DNA of 64,000 bases from Candidatus Saccharimonadia bacterium (GCA_963717365.1 OY970327.1:1055752-1119751); one strand, 5' to 3'. Shown: positions 9,830 to 18,812, counted from the first letter of the stretch. The notes: generated from the letters alone by a model not told the origin. A program made the numbers and translations.

Positions 9830-9834
9830 AGAAA

Positions 9835-10275
9835 TTAGCGGACTATTATTTGGCCACTTTTTTGTGGACTATCTGGCGACCAGAAATTGTAGGTACCTGT
9901 TTTGCTAAAAACATGGTTTTTAAGGGATTGGGCTTGTTGGCCGGACTCATCGTTTGTGTCATCAGTTTCTAACATTATCATCTTTTCGCTGCCTCCAGCT
10001 TCTTCCCAGGTAACATTTGTTCCCGTGTTAATGCCTAATACTTGCGGGCTAAAATTGCCCTCTGCTTCGGCGGTTATCAATATGGTTTCGCCGGTAAATG
10101 TTTCAGGAACAGCATGACTATGCGTATGGTCATTTCTTTGACTGTTCGCAAAATTATTAACGCTCAGGCCAATGATCCCTATTAACACGGCTAAGCCAAG
10201 TACAGGGATTGTCGCAATATGACGTTTACGGTAGTGCTGTTTGTGCTGATCTGGTTTGTGGCCAAGTGTATCCAT
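9835..10275 (-). CDS. Membrane-anchored protein with a cupredoxin-like beta domain and no obvious Cu ligands
   Basis: N-terminal TM helix. The C-terminal FSPQVLGINTGTNVTWEE...GTYNFWSPDSPQKSGQIIVR resembles a plastocyanin-like fold, but the His/Cys ligands are absent. Confidence 0.4.
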   Translation of the reverse strand: MDTLGHKPDQHKQHYRKRHIATIPVLGLAVLIGIIGLSVNNFANSQRNDHTHSHAVPETFTGETILITAEAEGNFSPQVLGINTGTNVTWEEAGGSEKMIMLETDDTNDESGQQAQSLKNHVFSKTGTYNFWSPDSPQKSGQIIVR

Positions 10276-10276
10276 T

Positions 10277-12868
10277 TTAATTCGTTTGTCCTTTGCCCTT
10301 AGTTGACGGCACAGTAACGGTTATAGGGTTTGATGCCTTACTTTTATTATTTGCGTTATCAACGGCAATAACGTAATAACTATATATTTTATCAGGTGCC
10401 ACCGTACCATCACCAAAGCTGGTGCTAGTTGTTTCACTAACGAATATTCCATCTCGGTAGACTTCGTATCGTGCAACAGCTACATTGTCCGTCGAGCCAC
10501 TCCAGCGTAAATTAACCAGGTTGGATTTAGCATTTCTAACATCCAGGCTTTGTGGCTGGGTCGGCGGAGAAGTATCAGTGCCAACAGGTACAAGCACGCT
10601 AACCGCACGGCTTTGATTTGAATAATTACCGGCTGCGTCAAAAGCCTGAACCGTGTAACTATACTTTGTATTAGATATTACAGTAGTATCGGTGAAAGAA
10701 TTAGTTAAAGCATTAAAATTCTTGCCGTCACTGCGATTAACCCGAAAACCCTTAACGCCAACATTGTCGGTGGAATTACTCCAGTTCAAGCTAACCGAAT
10801 CGGGTTTAAGATTACTAGTCGTCAGATTTTGCGGAGTACTAGGGGCAATTTTATCTGCAGGTGTTTCGCCACCGCCACCGCCTCCTCCTCCGCCGCCGCC
10901 ACTAGGACCTGCATCGGTGGCAGTAATTGTATTGGAGACGCCACTTTGATTATTAGCCGTATCAATAGCTACCACGTAGTAGCTATACCGTTGCCCGGGC
11001 GTAACGGTTTGGTCGACAAAACTAACACCGCTTTTTTGGAAGTATATAAGTTGACCATCTCGGAATACATTGTAGCCTTTAATGCCATTGGTATCACTGG
11101 ACGCGTTCCACCAAAGGGTAATATAGCCGGCAATAACTATACTGCCCTGATACAGATTGGTTGGTGCGGACGGCGGCGTGGTGTCAGCTACACCAGTAGT
11201 TTTAACGATAACTGGCGTTGATTGGCTGGTATTAAGCTTGGCATCAAAAGCTGTAATCGTAACGCTATAACTCTGACCCGGGTTAAGAATGTCAGCGCAG
11301 CAAATATCGGCTTTGGTGAGACTATCAAAGTAATTTTTCACTATACATTCACCATCCAGGCAGACACGGTAGTATCGCACTCCAACATTGTCGGTAGACT
11401 TATCCCAGGCAATAGTGAAAGCGTTATCACCGATATTGGTGACTTGGACATTGGTTGGTGCGGACGGCGGCGTAGTATCTAGTTGTGGCGTATCAACAGT
11501 TACAATATTGGATGATGGGCTGATATTACCGGCTTCATCGATGGCACGAACGTAATAGTTGTAACGAGTTAAGCCAGAAACCGTCTTGTCAACAAAGGCG
11601 GGCTTGAGCGAACGGTTTATCAATTTGCCGTCCCGAAATATCTCATAACTAACCTCTGAATTATCAGTTGAGCCACTCCAGGTTAGTGTTACTGATTCGG
11701 CGTTGACTTGCGTCATTTCCAGCGCTGTTGGCTGGGTGGGCGCAGTTGAGTCAGACGGTCTCTGCGACATCAAGAATCTACTATCGGCGGTATTCCAGTG
11801 GGTTTCCAGATAGTTCCCCGCAGCTGGACGAGTGTTGAAGTAGTCATTACCGTTACAGTCCAGTAAGGTGCTGTTACTGATATCACAAATATACTTTAAC
11901 GTAGTTGATGAAGAATCCTGATAGCACATCACATCATGTTCATCGACACAGTGGCCAACTCCACTGGTATTTGGCGCTGTATTTTGAACAGCCCCAAGAT
12001 TGTGGAACAGTTCATGTAGCACTACAACTCCATCTTGAGAGCAGCCCGAATCCACACGTGAATACGCCGGTAAATCCCATCGGTTACTAAAATTACTGAG
12101 CAGAGGACTGTCGTCACGATATGACTCGGCAATACCGCAGTAGGTGAAGAGGTCAGTGAATATCATATATTTACGGTCGTTTTGGTTATAACCCATATCA
12201 ACCAGGGTCTCAATTGAACGGTTGAAGCCATTAACGGTACTGACGTCATAAATATTTACAACTTGCATATCAACCTGGCAATCAGGGGTGGTTACCCAAC
12301 GAATGTGGGCTTCATCGCCATATTTTTGGGCGCTATTGTTAATGTAGGTATTAGATTTATTAATGCCTTCTAGAGTGAGAGTTTTAATAAAGTTAACGTA
12401 ACTTTGGTCATTATGTCTCTCTGTTATAATTATTAATGGCTGGACACGTGGGCCATTATTACCCGTACCGTAACAAATTGGTTGACTAGCAGCTGCCGCT
12501 GTCTGAGTACTTGTGGTAGGAGCTTCGGGAGTAGCTGGTTTAGGATCCGGGCCATGGGTGCAATACGAATCTTTTATTTTACCGGCCTTGGAATTGGCCG
12601 GCATATCAATTTTTAACAAACCTTTACAAGACTTGACGGGTTGAGTATTTTCTAAAGTCAGACCATCAAAAACTAAGCCCTTTTTAGGATTATTCTCCGG
12701 AAGTTTATCCAGCGTCCTAATATCATAATCAATCTTGCCGTCGGATTTTTCCTGACCAGAAAGACTGTTAATAAAGAAAATACTAGACCCAAGTAAGAGC
12801 GAGACACTAATAATTAGCAAAAAATCTTTGAAAACCCAATGATGATGCATTGTCCACATTTTTTTCAT
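10277..12868 (-). CDS. Secreted/anchored zinc-metalloprotease-like protein with five fibronectin type III repeats and a poly-Gly linker
   Basis: N-terminal TM/signal segment. HExxH in VVVLHELFHNLGAV followed by HCVDEHDVMCY. Five ~95-aa repeats each begin with (T)PPSAPTN or similar and carry W..S.DN.GV..Y.V.R FN3 signatures. An 11-Gly run is encoded at 10868-10900. Confidence 0.75.
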   Translation of the reverse strand: MKKMWTMHHHWVFKDFLLIISVSLLLGSSIFFINSLSGQEKSDGKIDYDIRTLDKLPENNPKKGLVFDGLTLENTQPVKSCKGLLKIDMPANSKAGKIKDSYCTHGPDPKPATPEAPTTSTQTAAAASQPICYGTGNNGPRVQPLIIITERHNDQSYVNFIKTLTLEGINKSNTYINNSAQKYGDEAHIRWVTTPDCQVDMQVVNIYDVSTVNGFNRSIETLVDMGYNQNDRKYMIFTDLFTYCGIAESYRDDSPLLSNFSNRWDLPAYSRVDSGCSQDGVVVLHELFHNLGAVQNTAPNTSGVGHCVDEHDVMCYQDSSSTTLKYICDISNSTLLDCNGNDYFNTRPAAGNYLETHWNTADSRFLMSQRPSDSTAPTQPTALEMTQVNAESVTLTWSGSTDNSEVSYEIFRDGKLINRSLKPAFVDKTVSGLTRYNYYVRAIDEAGNISPSSNIVTVDTPQLDTTPPSAPTNVQVTNIGDNAFTIAWDKSTDNVGVRYYRVCLDGECIVKNYFDSLTKADICCADILNPGQSYSVTITAFDAKLNTSQSTPVIVKTTGVADTTPPSAPTNLYQGSIVIAGYITLWWNASSDTNGIKGYNVFRDGQLIYFQKSGVSFVDQTVTPGQRYSYYVVAIDTANNQSGVSNTITATDAGPSGGGGGGGGGGGETPADKIAPSTPQNLTTSNLKPDSVSLNWSNSTDNVGVKGFRVNRSDGKNFNALTNSFTDTTVISNTKYSYTVQAFDAAGNYSNQSRAVSVLVPVGTDTSPPTQPQSLDVRNAKSNLVNLRWSGSTDNVAVARYEVYRDGIFVSETTSTSFGDGTVAPDKIYSYYVIAVDNANNKSKASNPITVTVPSTKGKGQTN

Positions 12869-12983
12869 TTTTTGTCCGTACTACTTAAGCAGTACAGTAG
12901 CATAACCAATAACAATAGCCAATATTTTTAAACCATCAGTTAACTAAAGTAGTAAAACCAGTAGGTCTTAACGGCACCTTCCA

Positions 12984-13415
12984 TTACAAGAACACAAGAT
13001 AAAACAATATTATGGCCAACGGTATTTCTAAAAATATACCCCACGGTCTTTCAAACCTTTGTATGCGGGCATGAAATTTTGTGAACCAATGATTATTTCG
13101 ACTGAGATTAAATGACTTTTTACGAAGTACGCGCGTAACCCATATAAAGTCAGGAGTAAGTGCAACCAGACCACCCAGAAATATGCCGTAATTATGATAA
13201 GAAATTTGGACAGCGGCAAGGCTAAACGCGATTAAAAAATCTACTGCAAAGATTATCTTCCAAGTTTTTGAACGGTTTCTTGTGCGATGAGGGATACCGT
13301 AATGAGGCAAGGCATCAAGAACAAAATGGGAAGCAAAGGCAAGTGGCAACGCGAGAGGAAGTGGCAGGTACATAGCAATTAAGCCGCCTGCTAATGCGCG
13401 GTTTGTGCCGGTCAT
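12984..13415 (-). CDS. Integral membrane protein, possibly a DUF457/YdjM-like metal-dependent hydrolase
   Basis: Four predicted TM helices. The SHFVLDALPHYG motif resembles YdjM family His/Asp motifs. Confidence 0.4.
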   Translation of the reverse strand: MTGTNRALAGGLIAMYLPLPLALPLAFASHFVLDALPHYGIPHRTRNRSKTWKIIFAVDFLIAFSLAAVQISYHNYGIFLGGLVALTPDFIWVTRVLRKKSFNLSRNNHWFTKFHARIQRFERPWGIFLEIPLAIILFYLVFL

Positions 13416-13478
13416 TACAGATCCTTATTTAATTAAGCATAAGTATGAACTATGGCAGACCAAAGCGAAAGCAGCTAC

Positions 13479-13895
13479 TTAACTTATTGTATGTAAAGCA
13501 GGATCGTATATTTTTAGAAAGGCTTCTATATTTGGGAATTTATCTATTTTTATTGCTTCCGCGACGTTGAAATAGCGGACTTCTTGGCACTCTTCAGAAG
13601 AGGTAAAGTTTAAAGATTTAAATTTTACTTCATAGATTATATTAGCGGTGTAGGTTGACTGTCCTAATCTAGGCGAAGTAATAAAGTATTTAGGCGTCGG
13701 TAATATATTTGTAATTTTTAGCCCAGTTTCTTCTTGAACTTCCCTTCGCAGTCCTTCTATTGGATCCTCGCCGTGGTCTAGCCCGCCACCCGGTAACTCC
13801 CACATGCCATTATCTTCACGTATGAGCAAAAATTTGCCGTCATCATTAATTGATAAACCCTTAACGCTGACTCGGTAAAAACAAGAATCATTCAT
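13479..13895 (-). CDS. NUDIX hydrolase
   Basis: Nudix box GGGLDHGEDPIEGLRREVQEETGL. Confidence 0.85.
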   Translation of the reverse strand: MNDSCFYRVSVKGLSINDDGKFLLIREDNGMWELPGGGLDHGEDPIEGLRREVQEETGLKITNILPTPKYFITSPRLGQSTYTANIIYEVKFKSLNFTSSEECQEVRYFNVAEAIKIDKFPNIEAFLKIYDPALHTIS

Positions 13896-13911
13896 GTATG
13901 TATAGTATCAT

Positions 13912-14583
13912 TTGATCATGCGTATTGTTTCACTTGAAGCCCAGGAATGGAGTACTGCTCAGGGAAATGGCCTGAGCCAGACTGAGTGCGAACATGTGGT
14001 TGCTAAAGCCGCCAAAAAGGCCACAGAATTTCTGCCTACTTTGTCGCCACATCTCAATATATTAATTCGGGCTCATGCGGAAAATGCTGTGCCAGATATT
14101 GCAGTAGGTGGAAGAACCTATGACAGTGAACTAATACTTCTGTCATTCGATCAATCCCTGCCGTTTGGCAAAGACTCCCTGTTAGGACAACTAACGTCTA
14201 CAACGTATCATGAAGCTAATCATGCCGCCCGGTTTGCCTGGATTGCTAAAGCTAAGCTATTTGAAAAAAGCCTGCTTGACTGGGCTATCTGGGAAGGACT
14301 TGCCACGGTCTGCGAAAGAGACTACGGAAAAACAATACCCCTATGGTCAGAGTATGGTGATGATAAAACAATGCACCAATGGCTGGCAGATCTAAAAAAT
14401 GCTGACAAGAAAGATGATGCGTGGGGAACCTGGGCTTTTAAGCGTGAAGACGGTCGCAATTGGCTGGCCTATAAAGTTGGAACCTGGATAGTTGATAGAG
14501 CGATTACGAATTCTAAACAAACAGTCGGGGAGCTTACAACCATTCCAGCCCAAAAAATTCTTAAACTCGCAGATATAAAATGA
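13912..14583 (+). CDS. Putative zinc-dependent protease-like protein (HExxH; DUF2268-like)
   Basis: TYHEANHAARF contains HEANH. The overall size and context resemble DUF2268, but this was not verified. Confidence 0.4.
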   Translation: MIMRIVSLEAQEWSTAQGNGLSQTECEHVVAKAAKKATEFLPTLSPHLNILIRAHAENAVPDIAVGGRTYDSELILLSFDQSLPFGKDSLLGQLTSTTYHEANHAARFAWIAKAKLFEKSLLDWAIWEGLATVCERDYGKTIPLWSEYGDDKTMHQWLADLKNADKKDDAWGTWAFKREDGRNWLAYKVGTWIVDRAITNSKQTVGELTTIPAQKILKLADIK

Positions 14584-14642
14584 TGAACCTTGATGTATAA
14601 CCGTGTATACTTCAAGCAATTAACCGTAAGCACAGAGATGTA

Positions 14643-15353
14643 ATGAAGTTTAATCAAAATGGTTTTACGTTAGTCGAGGGTCTACTAATTATTATCGCAC
14701 TGAGTCTTATAGTGGGTGTAAGTTATTTTGTTTATAGTGTTCAAAAAGATAACAACAAAAATGATACTTCCAATTCCAAAGTAAAACAGGATACACCTGA
14801 TTCAGCAACAACTCCATCCACGATACCAGATGGTTGGACCGAATATAAAAACCAAGAACTAGGCTTTAGTTTTGCTCATCCTAAGGATTGGGGGACTGTC
14901 ACTGTCTCGCCAACAACATTTGAACACACCGGTAAGGGCTATAGCGTGTCATTTTCGGGCACTGATATAAAGGGCATGGTGGCATCAGAGGATTATGGCT
15001 ACACCGGTCCTGGCAGGGGTGGTATCTATTGGGAGGTAAACGGTTCGTATTCGGAAATGTCTAAGGGTGTAATAAGCTCTGCAGAGCAGGCAAAAACCAG
15101 CAGTAACTACTCTACGCAACTACTTAGTAATGATGAAAAGCACGTTGTCAGTGCCTATATAAACTGCATGGATGGCGGGCTCGTTACCCAATTATTAACA
15201 AACGTTGGCTCAACCCAAATCTCGGTATTCTCACTGGCGAAAATACAAGAGGGCGTTCCAGAAGGATGCCCAGAAAAAATTCCAGCCAATACAATTGATC
15301 AAAAACTTGGCAATGACCTAAAGCAGTTAGCTGGCACAGTAAAAGTGTTATAA
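14643..15353 (+). CDS. Type IV pilin-like (prepilin N-terminal methylation motif) protein
   Basis: N-terminus MKFNQNGFTLVEGLLIIIALSLIVGV has the G/FTLVE class III signal and a hydrophobic helix. Confidence 0.65.
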   Translation: MKFNQNGFTLVEGLLIIIALSLIVGVSYFVYSVQKDNNKNDTSNSKVKQDTPDSATTPSTIPDGWTEYKNQELGFSFAHPKDWGTVTVSPTTFEHTGKGYSVSFSGTDIKGMVASEDYGYTGPGRGGIYWEVNGSYSEMSKGVISSAEQAKTSSNYSTQLLSNDEKHVVSAYINCMDGGLVTQLLTNVGSTQISVFSLAKIQEGVPEGCPEKIPANTIDQKLGNDLKQLAGTVKVL

Positions 15354-15405
15354 GGCCGTGCTGAACTTTGCGGGTGGTTCCAGGGTATTTAACCACTACG
15401 CTATA

Positions 15406-15434
15406 TTGACTTTACATGAATAATGGTGTATAAT
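15406..15434 (+). promoter_or_regulatory. Consensus sigma70-type promoter TTGACT-17-TATAAT, probably giving a leaderless mRNA
   Basis: -35 at 15406-15411 and -10 at 15429-15434. The ATG of the downstream ORF is at 15441, 6 nt after the -10, with no room for an RBS. Confidence 0.55.
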
Positions 15435-15440
15435 TAGTAT

Positions 15441-15848
15441 ATGCAAAAGCTTGAACAAACTCCTCTAGCGCTTGATAGCGTTCGGCTTCAAGAAAGACAG
15501 AATGAATTTCCTCATCAGCTTGACGTAAGTATGCTATACCAAGCGCTACTTGCTTATAGATATCACCCGTTAGTAGGTGAACAGCAAGTGGAAACAGCCG
15601 TAGATACGTATATTCCTGATCTTAATGCTTCAGCCGCGGCGGCCGAAGATTGCCATGATGTAAATCTTGACCTCGGCCCAGACGGGGTACGGCTAGCTCA
15701 CGCGGCCATTACTTCATTTATCGAGATGGTTGGTCAACAGCAAAAGGTTGAACAAATGGAAGCATTTAGACGTGCCCTTGAAGAAACGGTTGGTCCAGAT
15801 TTACGTGATGAATTACGCGGTTCGTATGGAAGTGGCGCTAGACCTTGA
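15441..15848 (+). CDS. Hypothetical protein (135 aa)
   Basis: ORF directly behind the consensus promoter. No family recognised. Confidence 0.5.
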   Translation: MQKLEQTPLALDSVRLQERQNEFPHQLDVSMLYQALLAYRYHPLVGEQQVETAVDTYIPDLNASAAAAEDCHDVNLDLGPDGVRLAHAAITSFIEMVGQQQKVEQMEAFRRALEETVGPDLRDELRGSYGSGARP

Positions 15849-15876
15849 TAGATTAAATAGAAAAGAGGAGTTAAGG

Positions 15877-16779
15877 CTAGAAAGCTACAAGCTCACGGAC
15901 CTCTTTTGCTAAAGGCATTTTTGGAAGAATAGACTCTCTTTGCTCTGGGGAGAGATCGGCTAGAGCATCAATACCGTAACTCTTTACTATATTATATAGG
16001 GCAGCTTGTCTGACTACCTCTTGCATAATCCCTGATTGCATCTCTAGCATAGCTTGCATCTCTGGATCAGCCTTAAGTTCTTGTTTAAATTCTGCCTTCT
16101 CATCCTCGCTTATTAAGCTTGCCATTCCGGCTGGGAGCATTTTATCGATCATTGTAAGAACAATTTGTTCAAATAGATCTGCAGAAGCATTGCCGACAAG
16201 TTCTTTATAGGAATTAACTGCTTCATGTATAGGAAAAGCTTTGGCGGCCGCTTCATAATAAAAATCATCTGTTCTATAGACAGTTGCGACATCGGTGTCA
16301 TGTATTTCTGCAGTTTTTCGGCAAGCTTCCAATTGTCTTGCAAACCTTTTTGTTATCTGACTATCGCTTAATAAGTCTGAATCTCCTTGGAGACCGCTAA
16401 TTATTGAAGAGAGCACTTCCTTGTAGTCATCTGCGTCGATAGCTATGTCTATTGCTGCATCATCATCTACCTCCACACCGTACTTGCTCAGTGCCGCTGC
16501 CTCGTGTTCGTAGCCGCCGTTAGACAATCCGGAATCTAGAAGATCTTTCAGCGCCAGAGGGCGTGATGGGTCTTCGACCTGAAGCATTAGAAGGACGGTT
16601 CTTCCTAAATGAGCGCCTCTTTTTATTTCAAGTGGTGTCTCAATATATGGTTCACCCTGCAGTTCTGCAATTATTTTCTCGCTAAATTGTTCAAAAATTG
16701 CGCTTCTATCCGCTATGGCCCCTGCTATTTGTAGTGTTTCTTCGGGTAATATTTCTCTAAATGACTCTGGTTCTGACAC
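15877..16779 (-). CDS. Acidic hypothetical protein, paralog of 8824..9759
   Basis: Sequence blocks shared with the 311-aa ORF. GTG start preceded by AAGAGGAG. Confidence 0.6.
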   Translation of the reverse strand: MSEPESFREILPEETLQIAGAIADRSAIFEQFSEKIIAELQGEPYIETPLEIKRGAHLGRTVLLMLQVEDPSRPLALKDLLDSGLSNGGYEHEAAALSKYGVEVDDDAAIDIAIDADDYKEVLSSIISGLQGDSDLLSDSQITKRFARQLEACRKTAEIHDTDVATVYRTDDFYYEAAAKAFPIHEAVNSYKELVGNASADLFEQIVLTMIDKMLPAGMASLISEDEKAEFKQELKADPEMQAMLEMQSGIMQEVVRQAALYNIVKSYGIDALADLSPEQRESILPKMPLAKEVRELVAF

Positions 16780-17025
16780 AACTAAATCTCCTCTTAACGT
16801 ATTGAAGCCTAACTTTATTCAAATAATACAAGTAATTACATTAAATAGCAAATATGATTTATAGAATAGCAAATAACCACAGTTAACTATTACACGGCGG
16901 AGCGCCAGATATGCCTTAAAATGGTGTTTCTACGCCTTGCGTTTACGCAATGTATAGCCATAGTTTCTCCTAGTTATTTGCTATAACTTATGACCTTGCG
17001 AGCGCTTTTCAGTATTAGTTAAGAA

Positions 17026-17631
17026 TCAAGATTTAGCTGGTACAACCAGAAAGGCATGAGCTTGCCGTATGGCTCGCAGTGCGTCAAAGGCATACGGGTC
17101 AGTAGTGTCTCGCATATTAAAACGATGTCGACGAGACTTCCCATCATTAATATCCGCAGTAATGCCGTCCTCGGCGCCACGTACGTCAAGAACAATCTCG
17201 GGACCCTCATAGATACTTTCATCCATGGCATCGGCTTGGATAATACGAAGTCTCTTTTCGATATGTATGATGGGCTGAGGCGCAAAGTGGGTCCCAGGAC
17301 GTATGTGCAGGCGCGTATCTAACTGCTCCACTTTGAATGAAGTTTGATAGGTAGCTATTGTCCCATACCAAGGGGTGAATACACGATGAGTATCATCTGA
17401 TTCACGTGGATAACGCCACCGGCCAAGATCATCTCCTTCAGTTACAGCATACTGAATAATATCTTGAAGCTGCCCAGATAACTCTTCGGGGGTAGGAGGA
17501 GTGTGTTCAATAGATAGACCTCCCAGAGATTTCAGATGTTGAAAGATCACTGGAGTGGTATCCCTAAACAACTTCTCGTCTCTAAAGGGCTTGTGATCAA
17601 TTACTTCTGCTGGGGCTATTGTCTGGTACAT
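17026..17631 (-). CDS. Hypothetical protein (201 aa)
   Basis: ORF with GGAGAGAG upstream. Its promoter carries the same 17-nt element as the 8824..9759 gene. Confidence 0.55.
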   Translation of the reverse strand: MYQTIAPAEVIDHKPFRDEKLFRDTTPVIFQHLKSLGGLSIEHTPPTPEELSGQLQDIIQYAVTEGDDLGRWRYPRESDDTHRVFTPWYGTIATYQTSFKVEQLDTRLHIRPGTHFAPQPIIHIEKRLRIIQADAMDESIYEGPEIVLDVRGAEDGITADINDGKSRRHRFNMRDTTDPYAFDALRAIRQAHAFLVVPAKS

Positions 17632-17656
17632 ACTCTCTCCATATTTATAATTAATG

Positions 17657-17697
17657 GTTATACATCCCCTCGATATTTATTGCAAGCATGAGCAAAA
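17657..17697 (-). promoter_or_regulatory. Promoter (TTGCAA-17-TATAAC) overlapped by the conserved 17-nt element TTTTGCTCATGCTTGCA
   Basis: Minus-strand -35 at 17680-17685 and -10 at 17657-17662. The element is at 17681-17697. A 1-mismatch inverted copy (TTGCTTATGCTTGCA) is at 17742-17756. Confidence 0.55.
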
Positions 17698-17835
17698 TAG
17701 ATAAATTTGATATGTTGAACCAAGCTATCTTTTTATTTAGGTTGCTTATGCTTGCAGAGCTAAGTCGTTAGATGCAGTTATCTTGAGAGATTATGAGTAG
17801 CGAGTTACTCTACCACAGTAGATTTGAAACCAAGA

Positions 17836-18330
17836 CTACTTATCTTCCAAGATATCTTGTTCAATATATTGGGCAATATACTCTCGAAAATCGTCATTTA
17901 CCCAGCTGCCTAGAATATAGGGCTGGACATGTCCATATGGGATCCGAGGACTATTTTTAAGTGTTTTGTAGGCCGCTATTCTCAATAGTGGTTCATGTGC
18001 CACAATCACTAATGGCCCACTTCCTCTTTCAGTATTTGCTTCTTCAAGTGCTCTCATTATCCAGTCATCCAAACTCTTGATAGCTAGTGCTTCGTTACCG
18101 CCAGCTTTAATTCTTTTACTTGGGACAACTTCAACGCCTAGTCCAGCAGCGATTACTCCAGCAGTATCTAAAGCTCTGGGCGCATTTGAACTAAGTACCA
18201 ACGTTGTTTTACCTAAACCATGAGCCACTAACTCACCTAAGGCAGCTTCTGAATGAGCTATGCCATCTTGGTTTAATCTGCCTGTGCGACTCTCGTAATC
18301 GCCGTGTCGTACTAAATATGTTTCAAGCAT
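17836..18330 (-). CDS. Histidine phosphatase family protein (SixA-like size)
   Basis: YLVRHGDYE (RHG motif) and LVIVAHEPL (second His motif). Confidence 0.7.
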   Translation of the reverse strand: MLETYLVRHGDYESRTGRLNQDGIAHSEAALGELVAHGLGKTTLVLSSNAPRALDTAGVIAAGLGVEVVPSKRIKAGGNEALAIKSLDDWIMRALEEANTERGSGPLVIVAHEPLLRIAAYKTLKNSPRIPYGHVQPYILGSWVNDDFREYIAQYIEQDILEDK

Positions 18331-18347
18331 TATCTATTCTCCAGAAT

Positions 18348-18578
18348 TTAAAATTCAGGTAGGGAATCGAAGTTCCGTTTAAATTCTTCGTACCAAGCTT
18401 GTTGGTCTTCTTTGCTGAGCATCATCATATCCTCCATAGCTGCTTTATGATCTTCGTCCCCAGACTTTATCATTTTCATAATATGTTGTTTACTGTTTTC
18501 GCCCATTTCTTCGGGAGTATTACCTAAAATAACAGCATCACAAGCCCCTCGTAGATTTCTGCACGTTGTTTTCTTCAT
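18348..18578 (-). CDS. DUF1059-family small protein
   Basis: MKKTTCRNLRGACDAVILGNTPEEMGENSKQHI matches the C..G..Cd...g.t.eE....H pattern of DUF1059. Confidence 0.6.
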   Translation of the reverse strand: MKKTTCRNLRGACDAVILGNTPEEMGENSKQHIMKMIKSGDEDHKAAMEDMMMLSKEDQQAWYEEFKRNFDSLPEF

Positions 18579-18788
18579 ATTTAGTACTCCTTATATGGCA
18601 ATTGTATCAAAATATAGAAAAGACGGTTCTAATTCGTCTTGCTTTGGTTCACTTGGTAGCTCAGAGAGCAGTCAAATCGGAACCTAACCAGTACAGCGTT
18701 AGTTCGCTGGGTACAGCTAAACAGGGAAGTTTCACTAGTTACTTGCCCTACCACAGCAGACTAGAACCTAGCTTTAAGATAAATTAAA

Positions 18789-18812
18789 AGAGACACCTAT
18801 TGGTGTCTCTTT
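18789..18812. terminator. Bidirectional hairpin terminator candidate
   Basis: 9-bp stem AGAGACACC / GGTGTCTCT with loop TATT, flanked by an A-run upstream and a T-run downstream. Confidence 0.5.

Noticed and set aside
10868-10900. GCC/ACC/TCC trinucleotide run noted as a possible microsatellite or array.
   Set aside because: It is simply the coding sequence for an 11-Gly linker inside the FN3 protein, not an independent repeat element.
18566-18787. Plus-strand 73-aa ORF ending at the 18789 hairpin.
   Set aside because: It has poor coding character, overlaps the DUF1059 start region and has no RBS. It is kept only as a possible non-coding transcript in the findings.
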